From Candidatus Saccharimonadota bacterium (lineage in GTDB: Bacteria > Patescibacteriota > Saccharimonadia > Saccharimonadales > Saccharimonadaceae), in contig JAFRMK010000007.1 in the NCBI GenBank assembly GCA_017430725.1, forward strand, positions 22,929 to 86,928: a stretch of DNA of 64,000 nucleotides. The letters are read 5' to 3'. A program made the position numbers and the translations under genes. Each line of letters begins with the position of its first letter. Positions within the stretch are counted from its first letter, which is position 1. Below the pieces are notes generated by a model. The model was not told where the DNA came from and did not search any database. It saw only the letters and a program-made list of their open reading frames with translations. Shown one piece after another: positions 56,937-64,000 of the stretch.

Positions 56937-58999
56937 TGCTTCATCTCCTTTGTCGTCTTACAAATAATTTTGTCACACAGCATTAACATTGCCGGCAGGG
57001 CAGTCATCACCAGCCCCATACTAATCAGCGCACCTCTCGCCAACAACATACAAATCGCACTAATCATGTCCAAATCCGAATAAATCGCCACCCCCAAAGT
57101 CGCCACAAACAGCCCCATGCCCGACACCACAATCGACGGAATAGCACTAACCAGCGCCACTTGAATCGCCTTGCGTTTATCTTTACCACTAATTCGTTCC
57201 GTTTTATATCTCGTAGTCATCAATATCGCATAATCCACTGTTGCTCCCAACTGAATCGTACTGATACAAATCGGCGCAATAAACGGCAATTTCGTGCCTG
57301 TCCAGTGCGCAATCCCCAAATTTACAAAAATCGCCATCTCAATCACCGCAATTAAAATAAACGGCAACGTCAGGCTCCGCTCCGCAATCGCAATAATCAC
57401 AAAAATCGCCACAACCGAAATTACATTCACCACTTGAAAATCTCGCTTGGTCGTTTTTATCATATCCTGCATTGCCGGCGCCTCCCCCATCAACAGGCCA
57501 TTTTCGTCATAACGCTTCAAAATAGAATTCAGCTCACTCACTTGCGCCCCAGTCTCATCACTCGCCAACGTATAATTCGAGCCCACCAACATCAATTGCC
57601 ACTTATCGTTCTTCAAAACCCCCGTAATTTCGCCCGGCAGCATCTCCATCGGTACCCGTTCGCCCACCAGCGACTCCAACCCCAACACGTATTTTACGCC
57701 ATCCACCGCCCTCATCTCACTCGCCATCTTCCGCACCTCACCTTCATCAGTGTCAGCACTTACCAGCACCATGTGTGTCGCCAACATATTAAAATCCTCC
57801 CGCATCTTGCGCGTCGCTTGCGCATACGGCATATGCTCCGGCAAAGAGTCCGCCATGTCGTAATAAACCTCGTTACTCGCCTGCCGATAGCTGATAAACG
57901 CCGGCGGTACCGCTAACACAAACAGCACCAACAAAACAGGAGAGCAGCGCAAAACAATTTCCGCAAATTTCGTCATATTTGGCAACAGGGCTTTATGTTT
58001 AGCTTTTTCCAGTGGTTTCCTGAAAAACAAAACCATTGCCGGCAAAATCGTCACACAACCAATCACGCCAATCACCACACCCTTCGCCATCACTAGGCCA
58101 AGATCCAGCCCCATCGTAAATGTCATAAAGCACAGCGCCACAAACCCCGCAATCGTCGTAATCGAGCTTCCCGCAACCGATGCGAAAGTGTAGCGAATCG
58201 CCCTCTCCATGGCGCTCTCGGCCGTTTTACCGGCTCGGCGCTGCTCCTCATAGCTGTGCCACAAGAAAATCGAATAATCCATCGTGACAGCCAGTTGCAG
58301 CACCGCCGACAGCGCCTTCGTTACAAATGAAATCTCGCCAAAAATAATATTCGACCCCATATTCAGCAAAATTGCTATGCCAATCGATGCGATAAAAATC
58401 AACGGCGTCAGCCAGTTATCCAAGAAAAGCATCATCGCCACAATCGCCAGCACCGTAGCAATAACGATATACGAGATTTGTTCCGATTGACTCAACTCTC
58501 GCAGGTCCTCCACTAGTGCTGACATGCCGGCCACCAGCGCCCGTTCTCCCGCAATTTTTCGAATCTCAACTACGCTATCCAGCGTTGCATCCTCCGATGT
58601 GCCAGTATCAAATAACACCACCATCATCGTCGAATGGTCGGTATTAAACGCATCATATATATCACCCGGCAACATCTCCATCGGCAAGCTCAAATCGGCC
58701 ACCGACGTATACCACAATACCGTATCAACATGCTCAACCTGCGCAATCTCCTCGCGCAACTCCGCCACCGCATCACTCGACATTCCCTCGACCACTAAGA
58801 AAGAGAACGCCCCCTTACCAAAACTCTCCTTCAACTCCGCCTGGCCTTTTACCGTATCCATACTGCCCGGCAAATAATCCAGCATGTCATAATTGACGCG
58901 CGTCGATGCCATCCCCAACACCGACGGCACAACCAACAACAATGCCACCACCAACACCGCCAAACGGTGTTTTACAACAAATTTCGCAAAGCTTTTCAC
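56921..58999 (-). CDS. MMPL/RND-superfamily membrane transporter
   Basis: 692 aa, built from two units of one TM helix, a loop domain and five TM helices. The N-terminus is (M)KSFAKFVVKHRLAVLVVALLLV. The start is GTG with the SD AGAGGA, and it overlaps the downstream gene by 16 nt. Confidence 0.82.
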   Translation of the reverse strand: MKSFAKFVVKHRLAVLVVALLLVVPSVLGMASTRVNYDMLDYLPGSMDTVKGQAELKESFGKGAFSFLVVEGMSSDAVAELREEIAQVEHVDTVLWYTSVADLSLPMEMLPGDIYDAFNTDHSTMMVVLFDTGTSEDATLDSVVEIRKIAGERALVAGMSALVEDLRELSQSEQISYIVIATVLAIVAMMLFLDNWLTPLIFIASIGIAILLNMGSNIIFGEISFVTKALSAVLQLAVTMDYSIFLWHSYEEQRRAGKTAESAMERAIRYTFASVAGSSITTIAGFVALCFMTFTMGLDLGLVMAKGVVIGVIGCVTILPAMVLFFRKPLEKAKHKALLPNMTKFAEIVLRCSPVLLVLFVLAVPPAFISYRQASNEVYYDMADSLPEHMPYAQATRKMREDFNMLATHMVLVSADTDEGEVRKMASEMRAVDGVKYVLGLESLVGERVPMEMLPGEITGVLKNDKWQLMLVGSNYTLASDETGAQVSELNSILKRYDENGLLMGEAPAMQDMIKTTKRDFQVVNVISVVAIFVIIAIAERSLTLPFILIAVIEMAIFVNLGIAHWTGTKLPFIAPICISTIQLGATVDYAILMTTRYKTERISGKDKRKAIQVALVSAIPSIVVSGMGLFVATLGVAIYSDLDMISAICMLLARGALISMGLVMTALPAMLMLCDKIICKTTKEMKQCLEK

Positions 59000-59040
59000 T
59001 GTCCTCTGATTCTAGGACAAATCACCTCAAACGTAAAGCA

Positions 59041-62000
59041 TTAGCTTCGACGTCGCACCATAAAGACCGCGCCACCAGCTACCGCGGCTATCGAGCCAGT
59101 CCCCAGTATCGCCGCCCTCAAGACATGGTCAAAAGTGTCTGGATTGTCAATCGGTTCTGGTTCCGGTTCTGGTTCAGGCACGGGTTCTGGCTCCGGTTCT
59201 CCTGGCGCCTCGCGATTCACTGTATTCGTGAAAGTGTATGTCATATTTTCATCGTCAAAACTTGATGAAATTGTGTATTCGGCAATCGCCTCTTCTTCCA
59301 CGCGGTACTGGTCTTTCTCCAATGTCGATAAGCCATTAAACGTAAGTTCGTTTTCGTCGCCTACGTTCATTGTTTTTGTTTCAACCACCTCGTCACCTTT
59401 ATACAACGTGAATCGAATCGTTTCTGGCCGTAATTCGTAATAGTTGTCATAATCTGACCAAACTTTACGCACCGTCATGTCAAACATTGCGCGCATATCC
59501 ACCGTGGCCGTATTCGATTGGATGCCCGTAATCGTTGTCACCGGCTGACCAGTCGCATTATCAATTACATTCCATTCGCTACGCGAGGCATTGTAGGCTA
59601 AAGTATCAATCGTCTTATCGGTCGGCGCCTTCATCAATACCGTCACATAAATGAAGCTACTCGCCGGCAAGGTCGCCACATTGCCATTTTGGTCAACGAG
59701 TTTAAAGGCGAGCGCCTTCACTCTGGTCTTGTCGGTCGTGCCTTCGACATATTCTTGCCATGAACTGTCGCTCCCCAATGAGCCGGCATTGGCATTTTGC
59801 GAATAGTAGGTCTTCACCTTCAGCGGATTACCCGCATAATCAAGCTGTGTCTCGGCAAAACTCGTGTCTACGCCATTGAACCTTCCTTGCCAGTGCGCAT
59901 TGTTGCCATAATTTGTTTCCAATGAATCATACAATACTACATTCATCGTTCGGTTCAGGCCCGTTCGCATCCGCACGCGGTACGAATAATCTTCGCCCAC
60001 TTCGGTCTCGGCCTCCGTCACATAGCGCCCGCTGTGCTCAGTCTTTACCGTCTTCTTCAAATCTTGTTTTGTCGAAGTGGCCACTAGTAGAGTAATCTGG
60101 TGCCCACGCGTATCAAGACATTCTTCCGTGTCTCCGTTTTCATTAATATCTACCGCCGCCGCATCATTTCCGCCATTATCTTTAACCGTATTACTGTTAT
60201 ATTCTCGATGCGTCGTCTTTAACCCATCCGCATCAATATAAATGAAGTTCGTATATTCTCGTCCGTATTCCATGTAGTCGTCATAGGAAATCGAATAGTT
60301 GAAATCAAAAGACGGCACATATGGGCCATAACCTGTATTGTTTGCCGTTGCAAACGGCTTCTCGCTGAAATCTATCGATGCGCTAATATACGTACGCCCA
60401 GTTTCATGCCAGTTTTCTACAATATGCACCGTTGCTTTACCGCGCACGAAGCGTTCGCATTCAGTAATATTATTGAAAAGCGGCTGACCATCTTTTCCGT
60501 AGAGTAGCTCACTATTATAGCAGCGATATCGCCCCACCGAAGCTTCAACTTCCTCTTCTGTATCAGTAATTTCTATCCCCATCGGCAACAAATCATAGTA
60601 AGTAATCCGTGTAATCCAATTCTCTTCTGGTATCACCTGCGCATTATATTTATGGTCTTTGTATGCCTGCTTGGCGCTTTCATGCACGGAAGCATAGAAA
60701 TAATACTTACCATTAAAGGTTTCTGTATCAGGATCGTAGTCTGGCGATAGCTTATCCACCGCTTTATATACCTGGAAATATCGAGCATACGTTCCCAACT
60801 CATGGTATTCCCAGGCCGCTTCGTTATAACTACGCTGCAGATAGTTCCCATAGTTCTCAACATCGTAATTGCCCAGCGTATCCCGCGTAAACTGGTTACC
60901 ATAATCATCCCAATCAAACGTATTCACTATCGTGCCATTTTGCAAAATCTTCAGATAATTAAAGTTGTAGATTTTACCATTTTGCGCAAATTCATCTGAT
61001 TCCACCGTCAAATCTGTCGAGAAATTACCATTCGAAATGCCTTCAGTCAGACTATCAATTTCCACGTACCAACCAACAACCTTCTCATTCTCGCCGAACG
61101 TCACTTCCTGGCCCAATTCTTGGTACTCCTGATATAGTACGTATTCGCTGCTTCCGCGATATCGCACATACAACTTCGGGTGGTACTTCGTCGCGTCAAC
61201 CGGCGCTTCGTTCGAGTTCACGAATACCGGAATATTCACGCCATTAAAGTAGTACTGGTCGTCTGATAACCGCGCAATCAAACCATTATCTGGCTCATAA
61301 AACACCAGGTCGTCCCCAATCTGGACATCGTAATTGTCGCCACTGTAATAACTTGTCGCATAGTTATCCCAATGGCCAGTTGAACCGTCCCCCACGATCT
61401 CCTGGTAATAATAATTTTTACTGGCACTTTCGCCCGCATTAATGTTTCCTTTGAAAGATTTTCCAATCGCGGGGCCTTCGCCTTCGTCATAATCGAATTC
61501 AAAGTTCGCCAAATTTAGCTGCAACTCCGACTCTGCCGGCACCGACATCGTCGTACCGTCCAGATAAGTGCCTGTCATCGTCGCCGAGTTGGTAATCTCC
61601 AAATTTCCCGCGCTCTCGTTGTAAATGCTCTTCGGATAGCCCGCCAAAATCTCCAAACAGGTATATTTTTCGTTTTCACACTGACCCTCGGTCGTATTTT
61701 CTACACCCACCTGCTTCACGTCAATAAAACCGTTCGCATCAGGCGTAATCGTTTCTCCACGCATTGTCAGCAATTTCACATTGGCAGGGAATTGGTCCAT
61801 AATCGAATAACTTGACAAACCAATATAATTCTCGTAATCCGCCGTATCAAAGCTCATCTGGTCAGTTTCGACGGCTCTACCGCCAAATCGATAGCGCACC
61901 CACAAATAGTCATCCGCGCCTTCGCCCATGTTGTCATAAGATTTAATCTTTGATGCCGTCTTTGCCAGGTTATAGGTCGCATGTATCCAGGGGTGGTTAT

Positions 62001-62679
62001 ACACGCGCGAGAAATGAAACTCCGCCGTATTACTCAGCACGTTATCGTTCATCACTGCTTGGATGCCAGTTTGCTCCAAACTGTGCGTACACGAATCTTC
62101 GTATTTTTCCCAATTCTCAAACTCTTCTTTTTTCGAAGTCAGACCAAACACAACCTGAATTGTGCCTTCAAAGTTTGCATTTTCTTCAACTGCCGAATGG
62201 TTTGTAAAGATAAAGCCTTGGCTATCAACCGTTGTGTCGTTATAGTCCCAGTCATATGAGCTCTGCGAGCTTTTGTTTGCACCCACCGCCATCGAAACCT
62301 GCAGTTGGGCCGCTTCCGCCGCCGATGCCGCGAAGATGTTTGGTACCTTAATTTGCAGCTCTCCTGGAGCATAGTCGCGCGATACATGCTCATTACGATA
62401 AGTAACCTGAAGGGTGACGATTCTATCGTAATCACTTTCCGCTGGCGAAGATGGCAATAGCCATTGCACATTAGTCAGCGGCGTCAAACCTTCATCTACG
62501 CTCGTATCAAAAAACGCCAACTCCAAATCCCAATCGTCCGGATTGAGCTCTGCCGGCGTTACCGCTGTTACGTTGTGAATGAGCAGAGCACAAAAACCGC
62601 TCACTAGCAACGTTCCAATAATTCCGAGAATTCCAAGTTTTTTACGTGTCCTGGAAACACGTTTGTATTTTTGTTTCAC
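59041..62679 (-). CDS. Giant surface adhesin (1212 aa) with a Cna-B-type stalk domain, PE linker and 'NPDTFD', TM helix and RRRS anchor
   Basis: The signal peptide is KKLGILGIIGTLLVSGFCALLIHNVTA. TVRKVWSDYDNYYELRPETIRFTLYKGDEVVE...YRVEEEAIAEYT is the Cna-B pattern. The C-terminus is GEPEPEPVPEPEPEPEPIDNPDTFDHVLRAAILGTGSIAAVAGGAVFMVRRRS. The start is GTG. Confidence 0.85.
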   Translation of the reverse strand: MKQKYKRVSRTRKKLGILGIIGTLLVSGFCALLIHNVTAVTPAELNPDDWDLELAFFDTSVDEGLTPLTNVQWLLPSSPAESDYDRIVTLQVTYRNEHVSRDYAPGELQIKVPNIFAASAAEAAQLQVSMAVGANKSSQSSYDWDYNDTTVDSQGFIFTNHSAVEENANFEGTIQVVFGLTSKKEEFENWEKYEDSCTHSLEQTGIQAVMNDNVLSNTAEFHFSRVYNHPWIHATYNLAKTASKIKSYDNMGEGADDYLWVRYRFGGRAVETDQMSFDTADYENYIGLSSYSIMDQFPANVKLLTMRGETITPDANGFIDVKQVGVENTTEGQCENEKYTCLEILAGYPKSIYNESAGNLEITNSATMTGTYLDGTTMSVPAESELQLNLANFEFDYDEGEGPAIGKSFKGNINAGESASKNYYYQEIVGDGSTGHWDNYATSYYSGDNYDVQIGDDLVFYEPDNGLIARLSDDQYYFNGVNIPVFVNSNEAPVDATKYHPKLYVRYRGSSEYVLYQEYQELGQEVTFGENEKVVGWYVEIDSLTEGISNGNFSTDLTVESDEFAQNGKIYNFNYLKILQNGTIVNTFDWDDYGNQFTRDTLGNYDVENYGNYLQRSYNEAAWEYHELGTYARYFQVYKAVDKLSPDYDPDTETFNGKYYFYASVHESAKQAYKDHKYNAQVIPEENWITRITYYDLLPMGIEITDTEEEVEASVGRYRCYNSELLYGKDGQPLFNNITECERFVRGKATVHIVENWHETGRTYISASIDFSEKPFATANNTGYGPYVPSFDFNYSISYDDYMEYGREYTNFIYIDADGLKTTHREYNSNTVKDNGGNDAAAVDINENGDTEECLDTRGHQITLLVATSTKQDLKKTVKTEHSGRYVTEAETEVGEDYSYRVRMRTGLNRTMNVVLYDSLETNYGNNAHWQGRFNGVDTSFAETQLDYAGNPLKVKTYYSQNANAGSLGSDSSWQEYVEGTTDKTRVKALAFKLVDQNGNVATLPASSFIYVTVLMKAPTDKTIDTLAYNASRSEWNVIDNATGQPVTTITGIQSNTATVDMRAMFDMTVRKVWSDYDNYYELRPETIRFTLYKGDEVVETKTMNVGDENELTFNGLSTLEKDQYRVEEEAIAEYTISSSFDDENMTYTFTNTVNREAPGEPEPEPVPEPEPEPEPIDNPDTFDHVLRAAILGTGSIAAVAGGAVFMVRRRS
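59153..59210 (-). repeat. In-frame (GGTTCN)n hexanucleotide repeat encoding the PE linker
   Basis: The + strand reads ggttctggttccggttctggttcaggcacgggttctggctccggttctcc, the same repeat unit as at 27892..27939. Confidence 0.9.
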
Positions 62680-62742
62680 CTTTTGGCCCTCTTTTTGCTG
62701 CGACTATTTAACTAGACACACGTTTGGCCACACTCTCAGGCT

Positions 62743-62772
62743 ATTTAAGCACAAGCATTCTATTTTTGTCAA
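62743..62772 (-). promoter_or_regulatory. Candidate promoter for the adhesin-MMPL-YhgE operon (TTGACA, 18-nt spacer, TTAAAT)
   Basis: The minus strand reads cTTGACAaaaatagaatgcttgtgcTTAAATagcc, about 60 nt upstream of the GTG at 62679. Confidence 0.4.
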
Positions 62773-62782
62773 GCGGATAAAA

Positions 62783-62806
62783 GGCCCCAGTCTTTCGACC
62801 GGGGCT
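62783..62806 (-). terminator. Hairpin plus U-run about 240 nt downstream of murE
   Basis: The minus strand reads AGCCCCGGUCgaaaGACUGGGGCCuuuuau. Confidence 0.5.
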
Positions 62807-62808
62807 GT

Positions 62809-63049
62809 ATAAAAGAAAGTGGAATAGAGAGCATCTCCGAAAAAATCGTAAAATGTTTTTTGGAGTAATCCTTTGGCGAGGATTATGAAAAACGAGATTG
62901 TTTGACTTGTTGTAACCTTGTTTGTTCTGAATGAATAAGACCTATTCTTCGACACCCTCTATTCCAAATTAAGGTGCGCTAAGCCTGGATGAGAAGCTTA
63001 GCAAGCATATCTTAACCTATCTACCCCTAAACTGCAAGCATAAGCGAAA
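62809..63049 (-). other. About 240 nt of non-coding, hairpin-rich region (candidate ncRNA, leader or 3' UTR)
   Basis: There is a 9-nt long-range complement, 62821..62829 (ggaatagag) with 62957..62965 (ctctattcc). Local stems are GCTAAGC/GCTTAGC and TAATCCT/AGGATTA. No credible ORF. Confidence 0.3.
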
Positions 63050-64000
63050 CTATCGCAGCTTTCGTAAAGCCTTCACGATTTCGTCATACTCATAATATGG
63101 CTCAGTCCCAGTGGCCCGCTCAATCGTTTTTTCGTTGCCTTTACCAAGAAACAGAACTGTATCTCCGCGCTTCGCCATCTTACAGCAGGCCAAAATCGCC
63201 TTCGGCCGATTCGGCTCTTTGAACAGCGTTTCGCCATCTTTCTTTCCTTGCGCACGCGCCCCCTTCGCAATCATCTCCAAAATCTCTTCCGACGGCGTAT
63301 CACGGTCGTCCTCTTCCGTCAGCATCACGATATCCGCATATTTTCCAGCCAGCTCGCCCATTGGTTCTCGCTTCGAAGGGTCTCTCCGCCCACCGGCCGA
63401 GCCAAACATCACAATCAATCGCCCCTTTGTCGCCTTTTTCATATCCGGCAAAAGCTTCTCAAACGCATCCGGCGTATGCGCATAATCCATAATCGCCGTA
63501 AAACTCTGCCCCTCATCTATCTTTACCATCCGCCCCTCGACTTCTTTCAGCGCCCGAATTCCGCCGCGAATCTCTTTCTCGGATAATCCCAGTTTTCGTC
63601 CCACCGCTACGCAGGCCAAAGAATTCGACACATTGAACATGCCCGCAATACTGGTCTCAATTTTCAGCCCATCCAGCGCCGGTATCACATACTCCACGCC
63701 ATCCGGCTTCAGTTTTATCTTTTCCGCCCGTAAATCGCCTTTCTTTATGCCGTATGTCACTTTTTCCGCTACATCTTGCGCGAAATACTTCGCCGACGCA
63801 TCGTCGGCATTAATCACGCCGAATTTCGCCTTCTTGAACAGCTTTCGCTTCGCATCACGATACCGCTCAAAAGTTTTATGGTAATCCAGATGCTCATGCG
63901 TCACATTCGTCATCACCGCCACATCAATCGGCACGCCCAAATCACGGTGTTGCGCCATCGCATGACTCGTCAACTCAAGTACCAAATATTCCGCACCGGC
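63050..64000 (-). CDS. murE: UDP-N-acetylmuramoyl-tripeptide synthetase, MurE-type Mur ligase (5' end beyond window edge)
   Basis: ...AGAEYLVLELTSHAMAQHRDLGVPIDVAVMTNVTHEHLDYH... comes from the central domain and ...MFGSAGGRRDPSKR... from the C-terminal domain. The frame stays open to position 64000. Confidence 0.82.
   Translation of the reverse strand, partial: AGAEYLVLELTSHAMAQHRDLGVPIDVAVMTNVTHEHLDYHKTFERYRDAKRKLFKKAKFGVINADDASAKYFAQDVAEKVTYGIKKGDLRAEKIKLKPDGVEYVIPALDGLKIETSIAGMFNVSNSLACVAVGRKLGLSEKEIRGGIRALKEVEGRMVKIDEGQSFTAIMDYAHTPDAFEKLLPDMKKATKGRLIVMFGSAGGRRDPSKREPMGELAGKYADIVMLTEEDDRDTPSEEILEMIAKGARAQGKKDGETLFKEPNRPKAILACCKMAKRGDTVLFLGKGNEKTIERATGTEPYYEYDEIVKALRKLR

Noticed and set aside
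62704-62955. An 83-aa minus-strand ORF in the murE-adhesin intergenic region.
   Set aside because: It has no SD or start context, spans predicted hairpins and the terminator, and has an odd composition. I treat the region as non-coding.

Overview
This 64-kb window looks like a chromosomal segment from a small-genome Patescibacteria/CPR bacterium with a Gram-positive-type wall. Gene content fits Saccharibacteria (TM7) best, but that placement is inference only. I saw no rRNA genes, no CRISPR array and no intact mobile element.

Gene content from left to right:
- 1-4.7 kb: a type IV pilus assembly block (pilB partial, two unassigned membrane proteins, a pilN-like gene and pilM).
- 4.7-24.4 kb: housekeeping genes. 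These are ychF, a histidine kinase/OmpR-type regulator pair, queA-tgt, an AI-2E permease, cysS, ppa, a coupled gap-rpiB-rpe-PfkB kinase-LOG string, dnaE, a tlyA-like gene, a DAGK-like kinase and a DUF3152-like HExxH protein.
- 24.4-29.7 kb: a 1761-aa surface protein.
- 29.8-32.4 kb: tRNA-Ser(GGA), then a MacB-type ABC pair.
- 32.4-36.7 kb: a 1309-aa very acidic orphan protein with a small acidic partner.
- 36.7-47.4 kb: tsaD, a FemAB/DegT-like/FemAB wall cluster, an IS1634-type transposase fragment, valS, a HIT protein, tRNA-Ser(CGA) and tRNA-Arg(GCG), and a degenerate Mur-ligase-like plus amidinotransferase-fold pair.
- 47.4-62.7 kb: a surface-structure region, followed by partial murE.

The most interesting region is 47.4-62.7 kb. 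It starts with a tightly coupled operon: a SipW-type (S26B) signal peptidase, three small TasA/BsaA-like subunits with SipW-cognate N-termini, a 1635-aa GLUG/beta-helix/B-repeat adhesin, and a small subunit with a C-terminal anchor. A second operon converges on it and encodes a Cna-B-type 1212-aa adhesin, an MMPL transporter and a YhgE/Pip repeat protein.

Three surface proteins share a module made of a PE-rich linker, a 'PxTFD'-like motif, a TM helix and a basic tail. No sorting enzyme is visible in the window.

Other points worth a second look:
- The 1761-aa ORF carries an internal anchor, which suggests two surface proteins fused in frame.
- The peptidase gene needs a non-canonical start codon.
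- Several genes have a -10 box so close to the ATG that their mRNAs are probably leaderless.
- There are two structured non-coding regions (30.0-30.15 kb and 62.8-63.05 kb).
- C exceeds G on the + strand regardless of gene orientation.
- The minus-strand adhesin genes have low GC.

Everything here comes from reading the sequence and the ORF track by eye. No searches or folding programs were run.
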